NCBI GenBank assembly: GCA_964360785.1
Contig: CAYHXX010000001.1
Location: 138,549 to 202,548 of the forward strand
Length of the DNA: 64,000 nucleotides
Source of the DNA: an uncultured Gammaproteobacteria bacterium
GTDB lineage: Bacteria; Patescibacteriota; Microgenomatia; Woykebacterales; RBG-16-39-9b
Direction: 5' to 3'
Shown here: piece after piece, positions 37,094 to 45,766 of the stretch
How the letters are laid out: the number at the start of each line of letters is the position of its first letter
Position numbering within the stretch: the stretch's first letter is position 1
Notes under the pieces: model-generated
Databases searched by the model: none
Seen by the model: the letters and a program-made list of their open reading frames with translations, nothing else
What the model was told of the DNA's origin: nothing
Translations under genes and position numbers: made by a program

Positions 37094-37150
37094 TCGGTCC
37101 GCCAGCTGGCGGATTGAGTGCGGAGCACTTGCGTCCCTCCAGGCGCGCCA
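37094..37150 (+). repeat. Palindrome CCGCCAGCTGGCGG plus a partial 3' copy of tRNA-Arg (att-like scar)
   Basis: The sequence tcggtccgccagctggcggattgag is followed by gtccctccaggcgcgcca (against the tRNA 3' end atccctctgggcgcgcca, 14 of 16). Confidence 0.6.
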
Positions 37151-37155
37151 GTGTA

Positions 37156-37233
37156 TGGGGAAGTTAGCTCAGTTGGTAGAGCACTAGTTTGTGGAACTAG
37201 CTGTCACGGGTTCGAGTCCCGTACTTCCCCCCA
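37156..37233 (+). tRNA. tRNA-His(GTG) with encoded G-1
   Basis: G-GGGAAGTTAGCTCAGTTGGTAGAGCACTAGTTTGTGGAACTAGCTGTCACGGGTTCGAGTCCCGTACTTCCCC-CCA; the 8-bp acceptor stem is typical of tRNA-His. Confidence 0.85.
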
Positions 37234-37263
37234 TATATTTTTAGCCTCAGATTTATCCATTTT

Positions 37264-37333
37264 AACTAACAAAAAACTAGCCTTCCAGCTAGTTAATTGT
37301 CCTAAGAAAACCAATCTTATTGATTTGCTTGGG
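37264..37333 (-). terminator. Terminator-like double-hairpin repeat module, copy 3 (inverted)
   Basis: On the minus strand: CCCAAGCAAATCAATAAGATTGGTTTTCTTAGGACAATTAACTAGCTGGAAGGCTAGTTTTTTGTTAGTTAA, matching 7107-7175. Confidence 0.6.
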
Positions 37334-37422
37334 TTGAGACCGAAGCAAAGGAGTTGAACCCATGCTTCGGCCCTGCTGACGGCGATCTGTTGGAGACAGC
37401 CTTGCGACTCAAACCACCGCTA

Positions 37423-38325
37423 TTATGCAGCTTGCAGGTGACCCTCTTCCGTTTCGAAGCTGATGAACGGGCAGATCTTCCGCTTCTTCGCGACCGCGAA
37501 GTGCGCTGCGACCTTTACCGTTCCCGCCACACCTTTGGCAAACTTCGAGCCTGGAAAGGCGGCGCCAGGGTGGGCTTTGTCCCACTTGTCGAACCTGGCG
37601 CTTCCGAGAAGTGCGGAGGGCACCAGGAACAGAGCAGCGCCGGTGAGAATCAGGAACGCCACCAGGTGGGTATAGGCGAACCACCCAAGGAATGCGAGGA
37701 TCGCTGCTACCATCAATGTAAGGATAGTCCCAGGAACCGCCGCATCATGCTCCCAGCTCCAACGCCTCACGGCCCGACAGATACCGTAGAGCCCGTTCCC
37801 GACAGGTGTCCAGGCTCGCCAAATCATGCGGGTGGTGAACCTAATACCTCGCCAGGTTGGCCGAGCAGCAGCACATATCCCCGCCCAGAGGAACTTGCCC
37901 GCTGGTCTGAGATAAGGGCCAGTCTTTTCCCAGAGGTACTTGCCGATGACCTCCGTCCTCTTTTGGCGTAACACCCAGACGAACCCAAGATCGGCGGCGA
38001 ATGCTGCGGCAACTAGCAGGGCGACAAGGAGTCCCAAGAGGGTCTTGTCTGGCCAGATCATGTAGCTCACGACCGTGATGGCCAAGACGTCCAACTCGAA
38101 GAACACGAGCCAAGGTCTCACCCACCCCCTTAGGGTTGAGGCGTGGATGAACCAACGCCGCGGTGCCCAGAGAAGTAGAACCCGCATGTAGTGGCAAAGG
38201 TTCTCCTGGTAGTGCCAACCGTTGTAGCCCCCCTTGTCCTCCCAGTACTGGTACCAGCGGTAGTGCCAGGAGGACGTGCTGATCTTCAGCTCCCCGCTGA
38301 AAAAGTCAGAAAGAAACTGTGGCAT
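37423..38325 (-). CDS. Trp/Arg-rich multi-TM membrane protein, hypothetical. Very GC-rich foreign-looking gene.
   Basis: 300 aa with at least five hydrophobic helices; GC ~60%. The overlapping plus-strand ORFs are Pro/Arg-rich antisense artefacts. Confidence 0.4.
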   Translation of the reverse strand: MPQFLSDFFSGELKISTSSWHYRWYQYWEDKGGYNGWHYQENLCHYMRVLLLWAPRRWFIHASTLRGWVRPWLVFFELDVLAITVVSYMIWPDKTLLGLLVALLVAAAFAADLGFVWVLRQKRTEVIGKYLWEKTGPYLRPAGKFLWAGICAAARPTWRGIRFTTRMIWRAWTPVGNGLYGICRAVRRWSWEHDAAVPGTILTLMVAAILAFLGWFAYTHLVAFLILTGAALFLVPSALLGSARFDKWDKAHPGAAFPGSKFAKGVAGTVKVAAHFAVAKKRKICPFISFETEEGHLQAA

Positions 38326-38603
38326 CTCTGTGTCCTTTCTCTACAAGTAGTTGGTAGGTCTCCAAAACTACCCGCCACAAGCTCTCTTATTTAAACAGTA
38401 TTATATCAAAAAGAGGAAAATTATCAAGACTATGGGACTTGGCTACCCGGGTAGGATTCGAACCAGGATCTTGAAGAAACGAAAAAACTTTATTTCGATA
38501 TAAATAGTGGGCTATAATTGATATTCTTGAGATCTTGGTAAAGATTATTTAAACTAACCAGGAGGGGTTCGAGCTCAAGGTCGAGACCCCACCATTTACT
38601 TAT

Positions 38604-38644
38604 TAGCAGTCTCTTGACATAGTTGCTAATCATAGTCTATGATG
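38604..38644 (+). promoter_or_regulatory. lon promoter (TTGACA-18-TATGAT) overlapped by a CIRCE-like inverted repeat
   Basis: TTAGCAGTC-N9-AGTTGCTAA against the CIRCE consensus TTAGCACTC-N9-GAGTGCTAA. The -35 box is at 38615-38620 and the -10 box at 38639-38644. Confidence 0.45.
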
Positions 38645-38676
38645 CACACTCAAATAATAGCTAAACAAGGAGTCAA

Positions 38677-41043
38677 ATGGATCAAAAAATCTTACCTCTC
38701 ATAGCAGTTCGAGACCTAGTAGTCTTTCCCGGTAGTGTGATTCCTATTTCAATAAAAAGAGACTCCTCAATTGCAGCTTTGGAAGAAGCACTTGCGGCCG
38801 ATAAAAAGGTTTTCTTGTCGATGCAGAAAAACAAAGACCAAGACTCTCCTATCCCAGAAGATCTCTATCTAGTCGGTACAATCGCTCATATTGACCAGAT
38901 CCAAAGATTGCCAGATGGTATCATCAATGTGTTGGTAACCGGTGAAGAAAAAGCAAAAGTAAAGGCTTTTGTTCAAGAGACACCTTCCTTCCGAGTTGAA
39001 ACCGAAACAATTGAGGAAAATCTTTATAACAAGGAAGAATTTTCTTCACTTACAAAACCACTCCTAGAACAATTTCGCAAACTTGTGACTCTCGGTAAGC
39101 CCGTACCACTTGATATCCTTCCGAGCTTAACCAACCTAACCTCCCCGATCAACTTGCTGGACATAATTATTGCCAATATTGACCTCAAAGCAAAAGAAAA
39201 GCAGCAACTTCTCGAGGAGAACGATCTCAAAAAAAGGATCAAGCAGGTAGCAACTTTTCTTTCTGGCGAGCTTTCTGTCATGTCGACTGCTAGAAAAATC
39301 CAAGACCAAACTGCTGAAGAGATTGGAAAAAATGCAAAAGAAGCATTTTTGCGGGAACAACTAAGAACAATAGAAAAAGAACTCGGCGTTAAAGAAGAAA
39401 AAGAAGAGTACGCAGAACTTGAAAAGAAGATTAAAGCCGCAGACATGCCTGAAGAAGTTGAAACAAAGGCCGTGAAAGAACTTGATCGACTTAAGAGAGT
39501 CCCAGCATTTTCTCCCGAGGTTTCTTATATCCGAACATATCTTGATCTTTTGGTTGAATTACCCTGGTCAAAGAAGACCGAAAGTAAAATTGACGTTAAA
39601 GCAGCTGAAAAGATACTCAACGAAGACCACTACGGACTAAAGAAAGTAAAAGAAAGAATTCTTGAATATCTGGCTGTGAAGAAACTTACAGGCAAAATTC
39701 GCGGACCAATTCTTTGTTTTGCTGGCCCTCCGGGAGTCGGTAAAACTTCAATCGGGCGCTCGATTGCCCGAGCCATGAACCGTAAATTTGTCAAGGTTTC
39801 TCTCGGTGGCATTCGTGATGAAGCCGAAATTCGCGGACACCGACGTACCTATGTCGGTGCTTTACCTGGTAGGATAATCCAAGGTGTTAAGGACGCAGAA
39901 ACAAACAACCCAGTTTTTATGCTCGACGAGATCGACAAGATGGGTTTTGATTTCCGTGGAGACCCATCCGCAGCTTTGCTTGAAGCATTAGATCCTGAAC
40001 AAAACAAGGATTTCAGCGATCACTATTTAGAAGTTCCATTTGACCTTTCAGATGTAGTTTTCATAACTACTGCAAACAATCTTGAAAACATACCACCCGC
40101 ACTTCGAGACCGAATGGAAGTCATTGACTTCCCTGGTTATACTGAGGAAGAAAAATTACACATCGCTAAGGATTTTCTAATACCCAAACAAAACGAAATC
40201 CACGGCCTTACTGAAAAGAAATTGATACTGGAAGATGATGCTTTAAAGAAAATTATAACAAAGTATACTCGTGAAGCTGGAGTACGCAATCTGGAACGCG
40301 AACTTTCAGCAGTCTGCCGAAAGGTCGCCCGTGATATCGCTGAAAATAATACAAAGAAAATTACCGTAACCGATACCACTGTTATAAAGTATCTTGGCCC
40401 TGAGAAGTTTCAACCGTGGAGTGTCGGAAAAGTTGATGAGATCGGAGTTTCTACTGGCCTAGCCTGGACTGAAGCTGGTGGTGAAGTACTCAATATCGAA
40501 ACAGCACTCATGCCAGGTAAGGGCAGCTTGATACTCACTGGACATTTGGGAGATGTGATGAAAGAGTCTGCTCAAGCGGCGCTTTCATTCGTACGTTCAA
40601 AGCTCTCGGAACTTGGAATCAAGGAAAATGTTGCCTCAAAATTTGACATCCACCTTCACGTTCCTTCAGGGGCGATACCAAAAGATGGACCCAGCGCCGG
40701 GACGGCAATGGCAACCTCATTGATGAGTGCTATTGCTAAGATTCCAGCTCGTTTTGATGTAGCAATGACCGGGGAAATCACTTTACTTGGCCGTGTTCTC
40801 GAAATCGGTGGCGTCAAGGAAAAAGTACTTGCAGCCCACCGTGCTGGTATCAAAACGGTTATTCTTCCTAAGAGAAACGAAAAAGACCTGGAGGAACTGC
40901 CAGCTAAAACTCGATCTGACCTGAAATTTGTCTTTGTCGAACATATGGACGAGGTGCTGCGAATTGCACTAAGAAATTATCCAACCAAAGTTGCGAAACC
41001 CTCTGGCAGTGAAACCTTGACACCTACTTTCCCTGCTGCTTAA
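38677..41043 (+). CDS. lon: ATP-dependent Lon protease
   Basis: LON N-terminal domain; AAA+ Walker A GPPGVGKTS; protease Ser in KDGPSAG and the downstream Lys. Confidence 0.95.
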   Translation: MDQKILPLIAVRDLVVFPGSVIPISIKRDSSIAALEEALAADKKVFLSMQKNKDQDSPIPEDLYLVGTIAHIDQIQRLPDGIINVLVTGEEKAKVKAFVQETPSFRVETETIEENLYNKEEFSSLTKPLLEQFRKLVTLGKPVPLDILPSLTNLTSPINLLDIIIANIDLKAKEKQQLLEENDLKKRIKQVATFLSGELSVMSTARKIQDQTAEEIGKNAKEAFLREQLRTIEKELGVKEEKEEYAELEKKIKAADMPEEVETKAVKELDRLKRVPAFSPEVSYIRTYLDLLVELPWSKKTESKIDVKAAEKILNEDHYGLKKVKERILEYLAVKKLTGKIRGPILCFAGPPGVGKTSIGRSIARAMNRKFVKVSLGGIRDEAEIRGHRRTYVGALPGRIIQGVKDAETNNPVFMLDEIDKMGFDFRGDPSAALLEALDPEQNKDFSDHYLEVPFDLSDVVFITTANNLENIPPALRDRMEVIDFPGYTEEEKLHIAKDFLIPKQNEIHGLTEKKLILEDDALKKIITKYTREAGVRNLERELSAVCRKVARDIAENNTKKITVTDTTVIKYLGPEKFQPWSVGKVDEIGVSTGLAWTEAGGEVLNIETALMPGKGSLILTGHLGDVMKESAQAALSFVRSKLSELGIKENVASKFDIHLHVPSGAIPKDGPSAGTAMATSLMSAIAKIPARFDVAMTGEITLLGRVLEIGGVKEKVLAAHRAGIKTVILPKRNEKDLEELPAKTRSDLKFVFVEHMDEVLRIALRNYPTKVAKPSGSETLTPTFPAA

Positions 41044-41156
41044 CACCTGATTACTTTAATTGTGATCAGATTTGCTTTCGTATTCCCAAAGTCTTAACTA
41101 ATTATTTCCTTGTTGTTTGAAAATATAGGTTCAAAATGGTAGACTACCACTATTGT

Positions 41157-41232
41157 GGGCCAGTAGCTCAATTGGCAGAGCAATTGCCTCTTAAGCAATC
41201 GGTTGAAGGTTCGAGTCCTTCCTGGCTCACCA
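41157..41232 (+). tRNA. tRNA-Lys(CTT)
   Basis: GGGCCAGTAGCTCAATTGGCAGAGCAATTGCCTCTTAAGCAATCGGTTGAAGGTTCGAGTCCTTCCTGGCTCACCA. Confidence 0.85.
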
Positions 41233-41307
41233 GATTTAAGTAAGTGGTTCAGGGTTCGCCCTTTTGCGAAGCGAAATGTGCGTTTTGTCCCAGGCCGCTC
41301 ACCATAT

Positions 41308-41383
41308 GCCCCAGTAGCTCAGTGGATAGAGCAGGACGGTTCTAACGTCAAGGTCGGGGGTTCGAATCCCTCCTGGGGTACCA
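41308..41383 (+). tRNA. tRNA-Arg(TCT)
   Basis: GCCCCAGTAGCTCAGTGGATAGAGCAGGACGGTTCTAACGTCAAGGTCGGGGGTTCGAATCCCTCCTGGGGTACCA. One G.A mismatch at the top of the anticodon stem. Confidence 0.75.
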
Positions 41384-41390
41384 TAAGTTT

Positions 41391-42038
41391 ATGAAACTAC
41401 TTTTAACTTCTGGCGGTCTTCGCAATCAAACTCTTATAAATGCTTTGCTCGACTTGGCTAACAAGCCTGCAGAGCAGCTGAAAATTGCTTTCATTCCTAC
41501 TGCACAAAATGTTGAACCAAGAGACAAGTCGTGGCTAATTGATCAATTGGTTAGACTTAAAGATTTAGGTCCAGAACAAATAGATATTGTTGATATCTCT
41601 GCTATCGATAAAAAATTGTGGTTGTCCAAACTTCAGGAAAGTAATGTTATTTTTGTAAACGGCGGCAATACTACTTACCTAATGGATTGTTTCAATAAAT
41701 TTGGTTTTTCAGAAGAGATAAAAGAACTTTTAACAACAAGAGTTTACGTGGGTGTAAGTGCCGGAAGTTATGTGGCCACTCCTGATATCCGCTTTAATAG
41801 TGATTACGAAAAAGGCGTATTTAAGGGCTTGGGTCTAGTAGACTTTGGTTTACAAGTACACTACAAAAACCCAAAGTTCCCATTAGCAGCAAATTATGAG
41901 TTAGTTGCCAAAAGAGTTAAAGGCTGCCCTTACAGGGTCTACGTCTTGGACGATCAAATGGCTATCAAGGTAAATGGAGCTAAAATTGAAGTTGTTGGCG
42001 ATGGAGAGTCTGAAGTTTTTGAGCCTGAAACGACTTAA
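41391..42038 (+). CDS. pepE: Peptidase E (S51 family alpha-aspartyl dipeptidase)
   Basis: GGNT...GVSAGS nucleophile motif; ~215 aa. Confidence 0.7.
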   Translation: MKLLLTSGGLRNQTLINALLDLANKPAEQLKIAFIPTAQNVEPRDKSWLIDQLVRLKDLGPEQIDIVDISAIDKKLWLSKLQESNVIFVNGGNTTYLMDCFNKFGFSEEIKELLTTRVYVGVSAGSYVATPDIRFNSDYEKGVFKGLGLVDFGLQVHYKNPKFPLAANYELVAKRVKGCPYRVYVLDDQMAIKVNGAKIEVVGDGESEVFEPETT

Positions 42039-43630
42039 ATTATTGGTCTTTTGAGGATCCAGTCTTTAGCGGATTTGAAACGGTCGACTGGTTCATGGAA
42101 TTCGGAGAAATTAATATTCCCGACTCTATTTGAGTATACCCAAGTATAACTTGGATAGTAGAGAAATACTGCAGGCGCTTCGTCCAAAAGGAATTTTGAA
42201 AACTCCTGATATTTTTCTGTCCGAACTTTTTTGTCCAGTGTCTTCCTTGCATCTTCAAGCAACTTATCGAGTTTTGGGGAACTGATCCCTGATACATTTC
42301 CTTCTGAAGCTTGGGTTGTGTGCCAAATCACGTACTGGTCGGGATCGGAATTTAACAGTAGTGTACTAAGAAGCACAGTATAGGTGCGATTCGGAACTAT
42401 CTGATCTCTCAATTCTGAACCAGAAACTGCGGTCACCACTACGTCAATTCCCAGTTTTTCCCAACTTGACTTGATTTTTGTGGCTGTTTCTTCAAACTCA
42501 GGGTCGGCCAATGTGGTAATAGCCATTGAGAGCTGCTTGCCATCTTTAACCCTTTTTCCTTCTTTTAGTTCCCAACCTTCGGAGGTAAGTAATGTGTTTG
42601 CCTTCTCCAGATTATAGGTATATTTCTCTTTAGTTCCAGTCTGTAAAGTTTCCAAAAAAGCATAAGAATTGGCTGCTACTTTCCCCTTCAATCCAGAGGA
42701 ACTTTTGACAATTTCACTTTTATCAATTGCATAGGTGAGAGCCTGGCGGACATTCTTTTCTTTAAGTTGGCTTTCTTTTGTGTTGTAGAACAATGTCAAT
42801 AGACGGTACGGTAAAATTGGAGATTCAACTTTATAGTTCTTCCAATCTTTGATTTCTGAAAGGCTCTCTCTACTAAGAGATACGGCGTGTACTTCCCCAA
42901 GCTTCAAAGCCAAAACCGCGGTTTCCTCTTTAGGATAAAATTGAAATCTCAATCTAATTTTATTGTTCTCCAAGGTAACTTTTTCCTCCTGTATCTGAAT
43001 AAAATGAAAGTCCCCAGTGCCAATCGGTCGATAATCTGTTAGCGGAATATGTTTGGGAATTATTCCCAGTGTCGTAGTGGTCAAGAAAGGAGCAAAAGGC
43101 TCTTTCAATTTGAACAGGACTGTGTAATCATCAATCTTCTTCACTTCAACATCTCGAAAACTATCAGCTGCTACCGAATCATAAAGCTGATTTTGTACTA
43201 TCGAGATTGTATAAACTACATCATCGGCCGAAAACTTCTTACCATCATGCCAGAGTATATCTTTCTTGAGTTTGAAAATGTATTGGGTATTCTCTTTTAT
43301 TTCGATACTCTCAGCCAAATCCGGAACTATTCCCCCATCAGCGGCTACCTTTGTCAATCCACTAAAAACTAAGTTATTGATCTCCTTTTCTGCCTCCATT
43401 CGACTAAACAAAGGGTTAAAAGTTTTTGGATTTCCAACTATTCCCTCATGAAAGATAGGCTTGGCTGTTTTGGAAGCGAGAGTTGATAGAGAACGGCTGA
43501 TTATAGGAGTAAAGAAACTGAACACAAGGATGAGGGATACAAGAATCAGGGCAACAAATCCCAATCGGCGCCACTGTTTCTTGAGAACGGCTGACAAATA
43601 GTGGTAAAAAAATCTTACCTTTTTGGACAT
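42035..43630 (-). CDS. Membrane-anchored SBP_bac_5 family substrate-binding protein (second copy)
   Basis: N-terminal TM anchor; WHDGKKFSADDVVYTI family-5 signature. Confidence 0.7.
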   Translation of the reverse strand: MSKKVRFFYHYLSAVLKKQWRRLGFVALILVSLILVFSFFTPIISRSLSTLASKTAKPIFHEGIVGNPKTFNPLFSRMEAEKEINNLVFSGLTKVAADGGIVPDLAESIEIKENTQYIFKLKKDILWHDGKKFSADDVVYTISIVQNQLYDSVAADSFRDVEVKKIDDYTVLFKLKEPFAPFLTTTTLGIIPKHIPLTDYRPIGTGDFHFIQIQEEKVTLENNKIRLRFQFYPKEETAVLALKLGEVHAVSLSRESLSEIKDWKNYKVESPILPYRLLTLFYNTKESQLKEKNVRQALTYAIDKSEIVKSSSGLKGKVAANSYAFLETLQTGTKEKYTYNLEKANTLLTSEGWELKEGKRVKDGKQLSMAITTLADPEFEETATKIKSSWEKLGIDVVVTAVSGSELRDQIVPNRTYTVLLSTLLLNSDPDQYVIWHTTQASEGNVSGISSPKLDKLLEDARKTLDKKVRTEKYQEFSKFLLDEAPAVFLYYPSYTWVYSNRVGNINFSEFHEPVDRFKSAKDWILKRPII

Positions 43631-43633
43631 AAT

Positions 43634-43864
43634 TTAAGAAACTATGATCGAGTAGAGCGAAATGAGACCAAGCAATACGCCAGAAACGACAGTTGCGTAG
43701 AGCAGTATCTTTTCCACACCACGTCGACTGCGATAAACAACTGCTTCCCCACCAAAAGTACCACCAACCCCACTACCTTTTTGCTGTAGTAAGATAAAAA
43801 TGACTAGAGCGATTGCGACAATTATTTGCAAAACCAGAAGAATATTGTGAATCATCAAGGGCAT
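43634..43864 (-). CDS. secG: Preprotein translocase subunit SecG
   Basis: 76 aa; LLQQKGSGVGGTFGG is the SecG signature. Confidence 0.8.
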   Translation of the reverse strand: MPLMIHNILLVLQIIVAIALVIFILLQQKGSGVGGTFGGEAVVYRSRRGVEKILLYATVVSGVLLGLISLYSIIVS

Positions 43865-43894
43865 ATGTTAGCACACGAAAAGGTTTTTCTCAAA

Positions 43895-44296
43895 TCAATG
43901 GAAAATCCACTGAAGAATCGTAGCAATTAGCCCAATAATAAAAGAGGCTAATAAAGCAGAAAAAAGCTGATTGAGATCGGCTGCTGGAATACTGAAACCA
44001 CTCAAGGAATAACCGGAAAAATGAAAGCTGTGGATTTTGAAATCTGCAATCAAATAGCTTACACCATAAAGAATAATTACATTGATAAAGAAACTAAAAA
44101 GACCAAACGTCAGTAGATTGAATGGTAATGACAGAAGCTTTATCACTGGTTTTACGAAAATTGTCAAAGCCGCAAAGACCAAGGCTGCAAACCCCAAGGC
44201 TAGCAATTGGCCATTGTAAGAAAACCCAGGATACAGATAAGCCACAACTAAAAATGCTATTAGAGAAATTACAAAGGACCGGGCATATTTTTTCAT
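43895..44296 (-). CDS. DUF360/YvlD-like four-TM membrane protein (holin-like superfamily)
   Basis: Likely start MKKYARSF. Four TM helices; GLFSFFINVIILY pattern. Confidence 0.45.
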   Translation of the reverse strand: MKKYARSFVISLIAFLVVAYLYPGFSYNGQLLALGFAALVFAALTIFVKPVIKLLSLPFNLLTFGLFSFFINVIILYGVSYLIADFKIHSFHFSGYSLSGFSIPAADLNQLFSALLASFIIGLIATILQWIFH

Positions 44297-44478
44297 TTTC
44301 GAGTCTTCGAGAAAATATCGATTGCTTCGCACTCTGCGTAACAAGCCACTTCGAACGCATAAAATTGCATATTAATTTTTCAAAATTTTCTTTAGGTCGA
44401 AGCTTGTCTACAAGCGCAGAGCGCTTTAGCGATCTATATAAACCGACAATTAATTTTACCGATATTAACTTCCAGCTG

Positions 44479-45741
44479 TCAAAGTTTTGGCAGAAACTGC
44501 TTCGAACGCAACTTGCGATGATAGGTGATGGCAAACCGATGCGCCTCATCTCGAATCCTCTGAAGTAGAAGCAGTGCCAGTGAGTTTTTTGGCAATCTTA
44601 ATACCTGTTTCTCGCCTCCTCGATAAATTTCTTCATTTTTTTTCGCCAAACCAATCACCGGAATTTCAAGCTCCAAAGTCTCGAGTACTGCGGCTGCGGC
44701 ATTCAACTGTGTTCTTCCACCATCGACTACTATCAGATTTGGAAACTCCCAATCATTGTGAAATCGTCTGGTTAAAACCTCGGCCATAGAGGCTGGATCA
44801 TTGATACCAGAAACAGTTTTTATCTTGAAGCGTCGGTACTCGTCTTTATTGATTTTACCGTCCGTTAATACAACCATTGAACCAACACTATTGGACCCTT
44901 GGATATTGGAGATATCGTAACATTCAATACGAGCAGGTAGCTGCCCTAAACCCAAACTTTCTGCAAACGCGTTTAATTGCAACTGATAAACCCCTTCAAG
45001 TGCATCGGGTCCGTCAAGATATTTGTCGATTTCTTCATAACGTCTGGTTGTCTTTTCAACAGCAGAAATTTTGTCTCTCCACTTACTAGCTTCTTCAAAA
45101 TCCATTTTTCTTGCTGAGTTGTCCATATCCTTCTTTAGGTTTGAAAGTAGCGCGTTTGTATTGCCGTTTAAAAAACTCTCAAGTTTTCTAAGGGTTTTTC
45201 GATATTCCATTTTGCTGATTGCACCAATACAAACTCCAGGACACAAACCAAGGTGGTAGGAAAGGCAGGCTTTGCCGGAAATGGGTCTACAGTTTGTTCT
45301 AAAGGGAAAGATCTTACGGACTACTCTCAGGGTGTCACGAGCTGCTTTAGCTGTTGTGAAAGGTCCAAAATATTGCTTTGAGAGGGTAGTATCTCTTTTC
45401 CTGCCTGTTGTCACCTTGGGAAAGTCTTCATTTGTAAAAACAATGTAAAGGTAGTCCTTATCATCTTTCAAGCGTGCATTGTAAAAAGGTTGATGCTGCT
45501 TAATGAATTTCGCCTCAAGCAACAAGGCCTCGATGTCTGAGACAACCTCAATAAAGTCAATTTTTGCAATGTTTTCGACTAACGAGCGTGTCTTTATACT
45601 TTCTAGGTTTTTTTGAAAATAGCTAGAAACTCTGTTTCTCAAGTTGATGGCTTTACCAACATATATAACAGTGCCAGTCTTGTCGCGAAAAAAATAAACA
45701 CCCGGAAAACTCGGAAGTTTTTTGAAGTCCTGAACTTTCAT
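44479..45741 (-). CDS. uvrC: Excinuclease ABC subunit C (short form, 420 aa)
   Basis: GIY-YIG domain PGVYFFRD...VIYVGKAINLRNR; UvrBC-interaction region; C-terminal RNase-H-like region. Lacks the long HhH tail. Confidence 0.85.
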   Translation of the reverse strand: MKVQDFKKLPSFPGVYFFRDKTGTVIYVGKAINLRNRVSSYFQKNLESIKTRSLVENIAKIDFIEVVSDIEALLLEAKFIKQHQPFYNARLKDDKDYLYIVFTNEDFPKVTTGRKRDTTLSKQYFGPFTTAKAARDTLRVVRKIFPFRTNCRPISGKACLSYHLGLCPGVCIGAISKMEYRKTLRKLESFLNGNTNALLSNLKKDMDNSARKMDFEEASKWRDKISAVEKTTRRYEEIDKYLDGPDALEGVYQLQLNAFAESLGLGQLPARIECYDISNIQGSNSVGSMVVLTDGKINKDEYRRFKIKTVSGINDPASMAEVLTRRFHNDWEFPNLIVVDGGRTQLNAAAAVLETLELEIPVIGLAKKNEEIYRGGEKQVLRLPKNSLALLLLQRIRDEAHRFAITYHRKLRSKQFLPKL

Positions 45742-45766
45742 GTTGTTGGTAGTATACCAAATGAGG

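Noticed and set aside
37354-37971. 205-aa plus-strand ORF in the very GC-rich block
   Set aside because: It is Pro/Arg-rich and low-complexity, typical of antisense frames in high-GC DNA. The 300-aa minus-strand multi-TM ORF (37423-38325) is the better coding candidate. The other overlapping ORFs (37409-37684, 37841-38218, 37824-38012, 38191-38394) were rejected for the same reason.
41203-41394. 63-aa ORF spanning tRNA-Lys and tRNA-Arg(TCT)
   Set aside because: It overlaps two confidently folded tRNA genes on the same strand.
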